A stretch of 64,000 bases of DNA from Desulfuromonadales bacterium (GTDB lineage Bacteria > Desulfobacterota > Desulfuromonadia > Desulfuromonadales > JAWOCM01), in assembly GCA_046483795.1 (NCBI GenBank), contig JAWOCM010000080.1:27458-91457 (forward strand). Direction: 5' to 3'. Below are positions 13,581 through 22,965 of the stretch, one piece after another (within the stretch, counting starts at the first letter, position 1; the number at the start of each line of letters is the position of its first letter). The notes below the pieces were generated by a model. The model searched no databases, was not told where the DNA came from, and worked only from the letters and a program-made list of their open reading frames with translations. The position numbers were made by a program, and so were the translations under genes.

Positions 13581-14699
13581 TCACAGTCGCATCGGCATAA
13601 CCACCGCCATGAAATCATCTTTTTGAGGAATTTCAATCAGCGATGGAGAGAGATTATCCTTGAAAGTAATGGCTATTTTTTCCTCGTAAATTGCCTGCAT
13701 TATATCAATCAAATACCGAGAATTGAAACCTATGGAAATTTCCGGCCCCTTGTAGTCTATTTCCATTTCCTCCCGGGCTTCGCCCAGATCCGGATTGGAC
13801 GACGATATGTCTAAAAAACCATCTTTGAAAGTCAGTTTTATTCCTCGTGAGCGTTCACTCGAGAGGATGGAAACCCGTTTCAAGGCATGGAGAAAATCAT
13901 CTCGTTCCAGAATAGCAACCTGGTCTCTCGTTTGGGGTATTACGCGATTGTAGTCGGGAAATTCTCCATCGACCAATCGCATGACGACCACCGTTTGACC
14001 TTTTTTTATAACCGCATTGTTTTCCATAAACCCGATTTTGAGGGGCTCCCCCGATTCATCAATCAGTTTTTTCAGTTCCATAACGCCTTTGCGTGGCAGA
14101 ATGACCCCTTTGGATAATTGTGGAAAGTCTGCAGGTTCGACTTTCTCCTGAATGAGAGCCAGTCTGTGTCCGTCGGTCGCGACCAGGCGTAGAAGGGGAT
14201 TTAATTCCTCCTGGGTATATTTGAAAAAGATCCCGTTGAGATTGTACTTTGTTTCGTCGGTTGATATTGCAAACGACGTCTTGTCGATCATGTTTTTCAG
14301 TTTATCTCCATCCAACGGAAGAAAGGACAATTCTTCAGAATCGGGAAAATAAGGGAATTCATCCGGAGATAATCCAACGATATTGAATTGAGCTTTATCA
14401 CATCGAATTTCGATCCAGGAATTTTCTTTGGCCTTGAATTCCACATCAGACGATGGAAGTTCCTTTATTATTTCAAAAAGTTTTTTTGAAGATACTGTAA
14501 TTTTACCCGGATCATGTACTGAAGCCTGGTAGGTGGCTTTCATACCGACCTCCAGATCTGTGGCAATGAGAGAAATTGTATTGCCACTCGCTTCAATGAG
14601 GACGTTTGACAAAATAGGAATTGTATTTCGTTTTTCGACGATTCCTTGTACTCGTGCCAATGCCTTTAAGAAGGTTTCCTGCGGAATAGTAAACTGCAT
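13581..14699 (-). CDS. dnaN: DNA polymerase III beta sliding clamp.
   Basis: 372 aa, typical DnaN from N-terminus (MQFTIPQETFLKAL) to C-terminus (MPMRL). Confidence 0.95.
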   Translation of the reverse strand: MQFTIPQETFLKALARVQGIVEKRNTIPILSNVLIEASGNTISLIATDLEVGMKATYQASVHDPGKITVSSKKLFEIIKELPSSDVEFKAKENSWIEIRCDKAQFNIVGLSPDEFPYFPDSEELSFLPLDGDKLKNMIDKTSFAISTDETKYNLNGIFFKYTQEELNPLLRLVATDGHRLALIQEKVEPADFPQLSKGVILPRKGVMELKKLIDESGEPLKIGFMENNAVIKKGQTVVVMRLVDGEFPDYNRVIPQTRDQVAILERDDFLHALKRVSILSSERSRGIKLTFKDGFLDISSSNPDLGEAREEMEIDYKGPEISIGFNSRYLIDIMQAIYEEKIAITFKDNLSPSLIEIPQKDDFMAVVMPMRL

Positions 14700-14932
14700 C
14701 GGACCTCCAAATCACAATCACTATGATTATTATGGTTTTAAGTCTTTTATAGTCGTAGTAACAGTTAGCTGTGAATTCGTTCGTAACCTTAAAAAAACCT
14801 TCTATAAAGGATAGATAGCTTGTTTATAAATTTGTCGGTTAAATATCCGTTTTATAGCTTCCCTGTTGATAATTGATGGAACGGTCTTTTTTCAACAGTC
14901 TGTCACCAGCTGGAACAACAGGATATGCCGGC
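14700..14932. other. A/T-rich dnaA-dnaN spacer with degenerate DnaA boxes; a secondary oriC or dnaN-promoter candidate.
   Basis: 233 nt non-coding. TGTTGATAA at 14864-14872 is the reverse complement of TTATCAACA (1 mismatch). TGTTTATAA at 14821-14829 has 2 mismatches. Confidence 0.3.
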
Positions 14933-16306
14933 CTAATTGTAGTTGTTAGACAGAGCGTTGTTTATACTGTTGACTTTCTTTTCCAAATCCTCGTTTTCGC
15001 TTATTTTTTGATCGATTTTCTTTATTGCATGTATAATTGTAGAATGATCCTTGCCGCCGAACTTTTCACCTATCTCCGGAAACGAACAGGCGGTTAATCT
15101 GCGTGAGAGGTACATGGCTATCTGTCTGGGCAGAACCAGTGCCTGCAATCTTTTCTTCGATTTGAGATCGGATATCTTCACATTGAAATGATGGGCCACC
15201 GTTTTCTGGATCTCTTCGACCGTCACCACTTTCGTTTTGTCGACCAGGATGTCTTTGAGTACCTCTTTGGCCATGTCCAGGGTAATGGGGACAGCTGTGA
15301 GACTGGCATAGGCTCCGATACGAACCAGATAGCCTTCGAGTTCCCTGACATTACTGGTGACGGAGTTCGCCAGAAAGTCTCCCACCTCAGGAGGCAGGTT
15401 GATATTGTTTTGTTCTGCCTTCATTTTGAGAATGGCCTGTTTTGTTTCCACATCCGGGGATTGTATATCGGCGATCAGTCCCCATTCGAATCGGGAGCGC
15501 AGCCTCTCTTCCAGTCCCGGTATTTCCTTGGGAAACTTGTCGGAGGTGACAACAATCTGTTTATGCGAATCGTAAAGAGCGTTGAACGTATGGAAAAATT
15601 CTTCCTGGGTGCGTTCTTTACCGGCGATGAACTGCACATCGTCAATCAGAAGGACGTCCATAGATCGAAATTTGTTGCGAAAATCGTCCATTTTTGCGTA
15701 ACGGAGGGAATTGATAAGTTCGTTCATGAATTTTTCAGAGGCATAATAACAAACACGCATCTCAGGGTTTGTCTTGAGTATAGCGTTGCCTATGGCCATC
15801 AGAAGATGGGTTTTGCCAAGACCCACCCCGCCATAGATAAACAGAGGGTTGTAAGTCGTTGCCGGATTTGTCGATACAGCCATGGATGCCGCGTGGGCGA
15901 ACTGATTCGAGGAACCGGAGACAAAGGAATCGAAGGTATATTTCTGATTGAGGTTCGATGTCACCTTCGGACCTATTGAAGCCTGGGGTCTTGGGGTAAC
16001 GGAGACCTCTTCTGTGGAATCCGGGGAGACTTTGTTATCTTCTCCTCTTCCGTTTGATCCAGCGATCTGCCATTGGATCGTGTAATCGACCGCTCCGATA
16101 TTGGATGCGATCTCCTGGATCATCGAGGAGTAGTTCTCTCGAATCCAGTCCAAAACGAATTTGTTGGCGACCTCCAGATAGATAAGGTCCTTCTTGACTC
16201 CAGCAAAGCAGATCGGTTTGATCCACGTGCGGAAATGTTGCGGACTGAGCTTTTGCTCCAGATTTTTGAGTGTTTCCTGCCAAAGACGTTCCATAGGGTT
16301 AACCAA
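14933..16306 (-). CDS. dnaA: Chromosomal replication initiator protein DnaA.
   Basis: 457 aa with the AAA+ Walker A GGVGLGKTHLL and the C-terminal DnaA-box-binding domain (KKRLQALVLPRQIAMYLSR). The tracked start at 16306 is TTG; an alternative ATG is at 16294. Confidence 0.95.
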   Translation of the reverse strand: MVNPMERLWQETLKNLEQKLSPQHFRTWIKPICFAGVKKDLIYLEVANKFVLDWIRENYSSMIQEIASNIGAVDYTIQWQIAGSNGRGEDNKVSPDSTEEVSVTPRPQASIGPKVTSNLNQKYTFDSFVSGSSNQFAHAASMAVSTNPATTYNPLFIYGGVGLGKTHLLMAIGNAILKTNPEMRVCYYASEKFMNELINSLRYAKMDDFRNKFRSMDVLLIDDVQFIAGKERTQEEFFHTFNALYDSHKQIVVTSDKFPKEIPGLEERLRSRFEWGLIADIQSPDVETKQAILKMKAEQNNINLPPEVGDFLANSVTSNVRELEGYLVRIGAYASLTAVPITLDMAKEVLKDILVDKTKVVTVEEIQKTVAHHFNVKISDLKSKKRLQALVLPRQIAMYLSRRLTACSFPEIGEKFGGKDHSTIIHAIKKIDQKISENEDLEKKVNSINNALSNNYN

Positions 16307-16366
16307 AAATAAGAGGCTTTTTAAAAAAGACTGAAAAAAAAGGAAAAAGTATTTTTAATAATTTAT

Positions 16367-16375
16367 TTATCCACA
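16367..16375 (+). promoter_or_regulatory. DnaA box (perfect).
   Basis: TTATCCACA, 61 nt upstream of the tracked dnaA start. Confidence 0.6.
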
Positions 16376-16389
16376 GGCGTGGAAAAGTC

Positions 16390-16398
16390 TGTGGATAT
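16390..16398 (-). promoter_or_regulatory. DnaA box (1 mismatch, inverted orientation).
   Basis: TGTGGATAT is the reverse complement of ATATCCACA. It lies 14 nt from the perfect box. Confidence 0.5.
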
Positions 16399-16627
16399 CC
16401 AGGCGAATAGGTGCTGTTCGGACCGGGGTGAATAAATGATTTACCCCCTTTTAACGACACGTCAGACTATCAGAAAAATTCGAAGATTTGCAAGATGTTT
16501 TTAACTTTTGAACAGCAGCAAAAGAAGGGTTTTTGTGTGTTTGCTGCTTGACTTGTTTTCTCACTTGTGTTTTAAATCACCTCTTTAAGAGTATTAAGCA
16601 AAAAAATATAAGGAGCTCAAGGCCGTT

Positions 16628-16777
16628 ATGAAGAGAACCTATCAACCCAGCAGGATTCGTCGTAAAAGAACGCATGGCTTCCGCAAGCGTATGCAGACCA
16701 GTAATGGACGTCAAATATTAAAGCGCCGCCGCAGCCGTGGCCGCAAGCAACTGGCAGTCTCTACTTACTCGAAATAA
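16628..16777 (+). CDS. rpmH: 50S ribosomal protein L34.
   Basis: This ORF is below the cut-off of the ORF track. It reads ATG..TAA and encodes 49 aa: [55 protein letters not shown] lies upstream. Confidence 0.92.
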   Translation: MKRTYQPSRIRRKRTHGFRKRMQTSNGRQILKRRRSRGRKQLAVSTYSK

Positions 16778-16795
16778 AAAAGTGATCCTGTCTCA

Positions 16796-17191
16796 GTGAA
16801 AGCAGAGCCCGACGAGAGATTCTCCAAGATGCAGCGCCTGCGAAAGCGGGGCGAATACCTGGTTCTCCGTCGTTATGGCCAGAAGCGACATTGCGGTGCT
16901 TTTATCGTCATCTACAAGAAAACCGATGACGGCCCCACCCGACTCGGGCTGACAGTCAGTCGAAAAGTTGGCGGGGCTGTTCAGAGGAATCGAGTCAAGC
17001 GCCTTGTCCGTGAATTTTTCAGGATCAACTACAAGCGGATAGGGCATGGTATGGACATCTCGATTATTGCCAAGCGGGGTTCTCCCTCTCTCTCCTACGA
17101 AGAGGTGTCCCGTCAACTGCACTTTTTGACTGGCTTGAACGCGGGCCAGGATAGCAGCAATGATCAAACAGTTTCTTATACTTCTGATTAA
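16796..17191 (+). CDS. rnpA: Ribonuclease P protein component.
   Basis: 131 aa with a GTG start. The RNR motif region is GGAVQRNRVKRLVRE, and the gene sits in the conserved position after rpmH. Confidence 0.85.
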   Translation: MKAEPDERFSKMQRLRKRGEYLVLRRYGQKRHCGAFIVIYKKTDDGPTRLGLTVSRKVGGAVQRNRVKRLVREFFRINYKRIGHGMDISIIAKRGSPSLSYEEVSRQLHFLTGLNAGQDSSNDQTVSYTSD

Positions 17192-17372
17192 GGGCTACCA
17201 GTATCTGTTATCCCCGGTATTGATCCCATCCTGCCGTTTTTATCCCTCATGCTCCAGTTATGCCATCGATGCCTTTGAAAAGTATGGGCCCCTGCGGGGG
17301 TTCCTCCTGGCATTTTGGAGATTGTTAAGATGTCATCCCTTTCATCCCGGAGGGTATGATCCCCTTAAATAA
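17160..17372 (+). CDS. yidD: Membrane protein insertion efficiency factor YidD.
   Basis: 70 aa with YQYLLSP..CRFYPSCSSYA..RCHPFHPGGYDP, the YidD signature. It overlaps the rnpA 3' end by 32 nt. Confidence 0.88.
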   Translation: MIKQFLILLIKGYQYLLSPVLIPSCRFYPSCSSYAIDAFEKYGPLRGFLLAFWRLLRCHPFHPGGYDPLK

Positions 17373-17402
17373 GGGAGTTAATAACTTCCCGGAGGACACC
17401 TC

Positions 17403-19052
17403 ATGGAAAACAAAAATACCCTGATAGCCCTGATACTTATCCTGGCTATATGGTTCGGTTATACAACACTCTTTCCACCGGCTCCTGTCGTAGAGAAAGA
17501 ATCTGAGGTTGCAGAGCAATCAACCCTTTCGGAAAACGAAAAGCAGACTTCCCCTTCACCCTCCCGGGAAACAATCCGCTCCGAAGAGCCTCGCGGTATG
17601 CCTTCTTCAGCCGGTGTCGGAGAAGGTGAGAACATTGATGTGGTTGTAGATACAGATATTTACAAGGCTGTGCTGACCAGCGATGGTGGACGGATAAAGG
17701 AATTTACCCTCAAAAAGTACAGGGAGACAGCGAGCGAGGATTCACCGCTCGTCCAATTAACCCAGGAGGGGCGTTCACATCTGTACACATTGAAAACCTT
17801 CGGGACAGAAGGATTGTCCCTGCCTGAAAACGCCTCCTTCAGTTACCAGGGAGATGATGAAGATATTGACCTTGTTGATGGCGAATCGCGCGATCTGCAT
17901 TTTGCCGTCACCCTGGACAGCGGTGCCGTCGTCCATAAAATATTTACATTCAGTGCCGACAACTATTTTTTCGATGTCGAACTGCGTTATGCTAATAAAG
18001 GGAATGCTCCCCTCAAGGGGGCTGTCGGTTTCAGTCTCGTCAATCGCTGGGACGAATCCAGAGAGGAAGGCGGCTTCAATTTAGGCGCGCAGGATTTCAT
18101 CGGTCCGACCACATTCGACGGCGAAGATATTCACACGGATGACGTCGAGGATCTTGTCGAAGAGGGCCCGAAGGAATACAGTTCCGCTCAATGGACCGGT
18201 TTCGGAACCAAATACTTCGTTTCGATCGTCGAACCGAAACAGGAATCCTACGATTACTTTCGTATAGAAAAAGGCGCGGATTACGTCGAAAACAGGATCG
18301 TGTCGCCTTATACCACCATAGAACCCGGTAGCAGCACCTCAATGTCGTACCTGGTTTATATGGGTCCAAAGGAAATAGACCTGCTCAAGTCAGCCGGTCA
18401 TGATTTCGAACGGATCATAGATTTCGGGTTTTTCTCCATTCTGTCGAAGCCTCTTCTGCATTTCCTAAAGTTTATTTATAGTTATATCAATAATTACGGG
18501 TTTGCAATCATCCTGTTGACGGTGATTATCAAGGCTATTTTCTGGCCTTTGACCCAGAAGAGCTACACTTCGATGAAGGCTATGCAGAAGTTGCAGCCCG
18601 AGATGCAGAAGGTCCGCGAAAAATACAAAAACGACAAGGAACGACTCAACAAAGAGTTGATGAGCCTCTACAAGGAAAAAAGGGTCAATCCTCTTGGGGG
18701 TTGTCTCCCTATGCTGGTGCAGATTCCTGTATTTATCGCCCTGTACAAAGTGCTGCTCTTTTCGATCGAACTTCGCCACGCTCCTTTTATTTTCTGGTTA
18801 ACCGACCTCTCGGCCAAAGATCCATACTTCATTACACCTGTCTTGATGGGCGCATCCATGTTCCTGCAGCAGAAGATGACTCCGACAACCATGGATCCGA
18901 CCCAGGCCAAGATATTCATGATCATGCCGGTTGTTTTTACCTTTCTTTTCCTGAACTTCCCTTCAGGACTGGTCATTTACTGGCTTGTTAACAATGTGCT
19001 GACCATTGTTCAGCAGCTTTTGATAAATCGGAAAAACCCTGTAGAGGCTTGA
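17403..19052 (+). CDS. yidC: Membrane protein insertase YidC.
   Basis: 549 aa with an N-terminal TM segment, a large periplasmic domain and the conserved C-terminal 5-TM core (PLGGCLPMLVQIPVFIALY). Confidence 0.93.
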   Translation: MENKNTLIALILILAIWFGYTTLFPPAPVVEKESEVAEQSTLSENEKQTSPSPSRETIRSEEPRGMPSSAGVGEGENIDVVVDTDIYKAVLTSDGGRIKEFTLKKYRETASEDSPLVQLTQEGRSHLYTLKTFGTEGLSLPENASFSYQGDDEDIDLVDGESRDLHFAVTLDSGAVVHKIFTFSADNYFFDVELRYANKGNAPLKGAVGFSLVNRWDESREEGGFNLGAQDFIGPTTFDGEDIHTDDVEDLVEEGPKEYSSAQWTGFGTKYFVSIVEPKQESYDYFRIEKGADYVENRIVSPYTTIEPGSSTSMSYLVYMGPKEIDLLKSAGHDFERIIDFGFFSILSKPLLHFLKFIYSYINNYGFAIILLTVIIKAIFWPLTQKSYTSMKAMQKLQPEMQKVREKYKNDKERLNKELMSLYKEKRVNPLGGCLPMLVQIPVFIALYKVLLFSIELRHAPFIFWLTDLSAKDPYFITPVLMGASMFLQQKMTPTTMDPTQAKIFMIMPVVFTFLFLNFPSGLVIYWLVNNVLTIVQQLLINRKNPVEA

Positions 19053-19061
19053 ATCTGAAGC

Positions 19062-19691
19062 ATGATATCCCGAATGCTCGATATCGAGATCGTAGCCTAT
19101 TCGATTGAAAATGCGGTTCAAATGGCCCTGGATCGGTTCGGATGCACGCGGGCTGAAATCGATGTGGATATCATCGAGGCCCCGTCGCCCGGATTTTTTG
19201 GGCTTTTCAGGAAAAAGGCCAAGGTTCGGGTTCGTTTGACTGATCGCTCCCATGTAGCGGCTTTTGTCTGCCAAAACCTCCTTGATAAAAGTGGTTTAAC
19301 GGCAGCTGCCAATCTGTCGGTCTGCAGGGACCAGTCTGAAATTGACATATCCGGCCCTGATATGCCGAAGGTCATCGGTCGCAAAGGGCAGACTCTCGAC
19401 GCCTTGCAATATTTGGCCGTTGCAATCACGGACCGGTTCACAGCTGATCGGACCCCTGTTGTTCTTGACTGCGACAACTACCGTCAAAAAAGAAAAACTT
19501 TTATCCGTCGCCTCGCTGATCGCCTCGGGACCCAGGCAAAAAAATCAGGTAAGCCTGTTACTGTTCCGCCGCTCCCCCCACGGGAGAGGCGGATTATGCA
19601 TGTGACCCTCCAGAAATTTGAGGCACTTGATATAAGATCGCAGGGGCAGGGATTTGAAAGAAAAATGGTGATATCTCCCCGCCGAGGATAA
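19062..19691 (+). CDS. jag: Jag/KhpB-type RNA-binding protein (Jag_N, KH, R3H).
   Basis: 209 aa with the KH-like block VIGRKGQTLDALQYL and a C-terminal R3H-like region. It sits in the conserved position after yidC. Confidence 0.8.
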   Translation: MISRMLDIEIVAYSIENAVQMALDRFGCTRAEIDVDIIEAPSPGFFGLFRKKAKVRVRLTDRSHVAAFVCQNLLDKSGLTAAANLSVCRDQSEIDISGPDMPKVIGRKGQTLDALQYLAVAITDRFTADRTPVVLDCDNYRQKRKTFIRRLADRLGTQAKKSGKPVTVPPLPPRERRIMHVTLQKFEALDIRSQGQGFERKMVISPRRG

Positions 19692-19692
19692 T

Positions 19693-21060
19693 GTGCAGAC
19701 AGAAGACACTATTGTATCTCCCGTAACTCCGCCTGGGGAGGGGGGCGTTTCCATCGTCCGCCTCTCCGGCTCTCAATCCCTCTCTTTGTTTAAAAAACTA
19801 TTCAAGGCTGCCTGTGGACAGCGGGAATTTACGTCCCATCGGCTGTATTACGGTCATATCCTCGATCTGTCGGGCTCCGTGATAGACGAGGTTATGGCCG
19901 TATATATGGCTGCTCCCCGCACATATACACGGGAAGATGTCGTGGAGCTCCATTGTCATGGCAGCCCTGGGATTGTCAAAAAGGTTCTCGATATCTGCAT
20001 AGACAGAGGGGCCCGGGTTGCTCGAGCGGGGGAATATACATTCCGTGCTTTTATGAATGGACGGCTCGATCTCGCTCAGGCCGAAGCAGTCATCGATCTC
20101 ATCAAGGCGAGAACACAATCATCCCAACGCATAGCTTTCTCCCAGCTGGATGGCAAGCTTTCCGCCTTCATTCATGACGTTCGCGATCAAGTGAGCGATC
20201 AGTTGGCGCTGGTGGAAACCTATATCGATTTTCCAGACGAAGATATCGAACAACCCCATGTGAGTGCTCTGCGACAGGTCGCCGGTGGCATTCGAGATCA
20301 GATAGACCGACTGCTTGACGGTTTCGACTCGGGAAGGGTTCTGCGGGAGGGCGCCTCCATTCTGATAATGGGCCGACCCAATGTGGGCAAGAGTTCCCTG
20401 ATGAATCTTTTGCTCGGTGAGCAGCGGGCCATAGTGACCGATATCGCCGGGACCACCCGCGACACAGTCGAGGAGCAACTTTCTATAGGCAATGTCCCTG
20501 TCAGACTGATTGACTCGGCAGGTATCCGTCAGACGCTCGATCCGATCGAGACGCAGGGGGTCCAGCGGGCCAAGGCTCTTGCCGCTCGTGCCGATCTGGT
20601 CCTGTTGGTTGTTGACGGCAGTTATGGCATTACGGCCGATGATCGACTTGCTTTGTCTTTTGTTGATGAAACTCGGGTTTTGCTGGTTGTCAACAAAATC
20701 GACCTGGGACGACTTCCGCTTGAATCACCCTTTGATCATTTCAAGCAGATTCCTGTTTGTGCTAAAACCGGCGAAGCAGTTGATACTCTTCAGCAACAGA
20801 TCGAGATCGAGCTGCTGGGCCACACGTATGACTCAAGCGATGAAAGCATTCTACTAAGCGACAGGCGACACAGGGATGCCCTGGTGAGGTGCCGGGAGTC
20901 CCTTGACTTGTTTTTGAAAGGCATTGCGCAGCAGCAGTCTCCTGAATTTCTTGCCCTTGAGTTGCGGGAAGCCCTCAATGGTCTGGGGGAAATAACGGGG
21001 GAGACGACCCCCGACGAGATCCTCAATCGTGTTTTTGATCGGTTCTGTATAGGAAAGTAA
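19693..21060 (+). CDS. mnmE: tRNA modification GTPase MnmE.
   Basis: 455 aa with a GTG start, the G-domain motif GRPNVGKSSLMN, DTAG-like DSAGIR and the C-terminal FCIGK. Confidence 0.93.
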   Translation: MQTEDTIVSPVTPPGEGGVSIVRLSGSQSLSLFKKLFKAACGQREFTSHRLYYGHILDLSGSVIDEVMAVYMAAPRTYTREDVVELHCHGSPGIVKKVLDICIDRGARVARAGEYTFRAFMNGRLDLAQAEAVIDLIKARTQSSQRIAFSQLDGKLSAFIHDVRDQVSDQLALVETYIDFPDEDIEQPHVSALRQVAGGIRDQIDRLLDGFDSGRVLREGASILIMGRPNVGKSSLMNLLLGEQRAIVTDIAGTTRDTVEEQLSIGNVPVRLIDSAGIRQTLDPIETQGVQRAKALAARADLVLLVVDGSYGITADDRLALSFVDETRVLLVVNKIDLGRLPLESPFDHFKQIPVCAKTGEAVDTLQQQIEIELLGHTYDSSDESILLSDRRHRDALVRCRESLDLFLKGIAQQQSPEFLALELREALNGLGEITGETTPDEILNRVFDRFCIGK

Positions 21061-21076
21061 TGTTTCACGTGGAACA
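21061..21076. promoter_or_regulatory. parS centromere site.
   Basis: TGTTTCACGTGGAACA is the exact reverse complement of the canonical 16-bp parS TGTTCCACGTGAAACA. It starts immediately after the mnmE stop codon, in the 27-nt mnmE-mnmG spacer. Confidence 0.8.
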
Positions 21077-21087
21077 TCGGATATAAA

Positions 21088-22965
21088 ATGACACCATCGG
21101 AAAAGAGATTGGATTCGGAACAATATCAGGTCATCGTCGTTGGCGCCGGACATGCTGGTTGTGAGGCTGCGCTTGCCGCAGCGCGTCTGGGATGCAGGAC
21201 TCTCTTGCTGACCATCGCCCTCGATGCGGTTGGGGTCATGTCGTGTAATCCAGCGATAGGGGGGCTGGCCAAGGGGCATCTGGTTAAAGAAATCGATGCC
21301 CTCGGTGGGGAGATGGGGGTCAACATCGATGCGACGGGAATCCAGTTCCGAATCCTCAACACCAGGAAGGGGCCAGCGGTTCGGGCGACCAGGGCGCAGG
21401 CGGATCGGCAAATGTACCGGCTGAGGATGAAGAGGGTCCTCGAGGAAACCCCTGAGCTCGACCTGAAGCAGGCGACAGTTTCAGCTCTTGTGGTCGAGCA
21501 GGACAGGGTTGCGGGGGTCAGGACGCGCGAAGGGCAGGTCTTCCGCGGTGCTAAGGTTGTTCTGACGACCGGAACCTTCATGAGGGGGCTCATCCATGTC
21601 GGATTGAACAATTATGCCGGAGGTCGTGCAGGAGAGCCCCCATCAATGGGGATTTCGGACGATCTGCGACGACTGGGTTTCCAGGTCGGTCGTCTCAAGA
21701 CAGGGACCCCGGCTCGTCTTGATGCGAGGACCATCGATTTTTCCGGTCTTGAGGAGCAGCCCGGCGACACTCATCCTCGACCCTTCTCTTTTCTCTCTGG
21801 AGAAATCGATCAGGAGCAGGTGCCCTGTCACATGACCTATACCAATGAACGGACTCATGACATTATCCGGCAGGGACTTGACCGGTCCCCCCTCTACTCC
21901 GGTGCTATCGAGGGGATCGGGCCAAGATACTGCCCTTCCATCGAAGACAAGGTGGTGCGATTCCCGGGAAAAACGTCCCACCAGATTTTTCTTGAACCGG
22001 AAGGACTCGATACTGCAGAGGTTTACCCCAACGGCGTCTCAACATCGCTCCCTTATGACGTTCAGCTCTCTTTTTTGCGGACCATCAAGGGTCTGGAGCG
22101 GGTCGAAATTATGCGTCCGGGATATGCCATCGAATATGACTTTGTTCCCCCGACCCAGTTGCGACCGACCCTGGAGACAAAAATGGTTCCCGGTCTCTAT
22201 CATGCAGGACAGGTCAATGGAACCTCCGGTTACGAAGAAGCTGCAGCCCAGGGCCTGATCGCCGGTATCAACGCAGCCCTGGCCCTAAAAGAGGAGCAGC
22301 CCCTGGTGCTCGGCCGCAGCGAGGGTTATATCGGGGTGTTGATCGACGACCTTGTGACCCTCGGAACGGAGGAGCCCTACCGGATGTTTACCTCCCGTGC
22401 CGAGTTTCGCTTGCTGCTGCGTGAGGATAATGCGGACCTGCGGTTAACGGCAAAGGGACACGATATCGGACTGGTCGGTCGGCAGCGCTGGCAGCGGTAC
22501 AGCAAAAAGCTCTCCGGAATAGAGACCGGCCGGACGCTGCTCAGGCAGAACCGGGTGAGCCCGAACGATACGGATGTTTTGCAAAAACTCGGCATTGGAT
22601 CCTTGAAGAACGGACATACCTTTGAAGAATTGCTGCGGAGGCCGGAAATAGAGATGAAGGAACTCTGCCGCATCTGCCCGGAACTGAACGGGCTCGCAGA
22701 CGATGTGCGGGAGCAGCTCGACATTGAAGTCAAGTACGGCGGTTATATCGAGCGGCAAAAGGAACAGATCGGCCGGATGAAGAAGGTGGAAGATACCCGA
22801 ATCCCAGAGGATTTCGACTACGATGAAATTGCCGGTTTGTCCATGGAGGTTATTGAAAAGCTGAAAAAGATAAGGCCGGAGAGCCTGGGCCAGGCATCGC
22901 GGGTTTCGGGCGTCACACCGGCGGCGATCAGTGTCCTTTCGGTGTTGTTGCGCAGGAGGCGGTGA
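21088..22965 (+). CDS. mnmG: tRNA uridine 5-carboxymethylaminomethyl modification enzyme MnmG (GidA).
   Basis: 625 aa with the FAD motif VIVVGAGHAGCEAA and full-length GidA-like sequence. Confidence 0.95.
   Translation: MTPSEKRLDSEQYQVIVVGAGHAGCEAALAAARLGCRTLLLTIALDAVGVMSCNPAIGGLAKGHLVKEIDALGGEMGVNIDATGIQFRILNTRKGPAVRATRAQADRQMYRLRMKRVLEETPELDLKQATVSALVVEQDRVAGVRTREGQVFRGAKVVLTTGTFMRGLIHVGLNNYAGGRAGEPPSMGISDDLRRLGFQVGRLKTGTPARLDARTIDFSGLEEQPGDTHPRPFSFLSGEIDQEQVPCHMTYTNERTHDIIRQGLDRSPLYSGAIEGIGPRYCPSIEDKVVRFPGKTSHQIFLEPEGLDTAEVYPNGVSTSLPYDVQLSFLRTIKGLERVEIMRPGYAIEYDFVPPTQLRPTLETKMVPGLYHAGQVNGTSGYEEAAAQGLIAGINAALALKEEQPLVLGRSEGYIGVLIDDLVTLGTEEPYRMFTSRAEFRLLLREDNADLRLTAKGHDIGLVGRQRWQRYSKKLSGIETGRTLLRQNRVSPNDTDVLQKLGIGSLKNGHTFEELLRRPEIEMKELCRICPELNGLADDVREQLDIEVKYGGYIERQKEQIGRMKKVEDTRIPEDFDYDEIAGLSMEVIEKLKKIRPESLGQASRVSGVTPAAISVLSVLLRRRR

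Larger units (their letters stand above)
16307..16627. other. Probable oriC / dnaA-rpmH divergent control region.
   Basis: Gene polarity switches here. The region contains an A/T-rich tract at 16311-16366 (10 G/C of 56 by hand count) and two inverted DnaA boxes. Confidence 0.5.

Noticed and set aside
16436-16504. 22-codon ORF (MIYPLLTTRQTIRKIRRFARCF) inside the origin spacer.
   Set aside because: It has no RBS and lies in A/T-rich non-coding DNA where short ORFs arise by chance.
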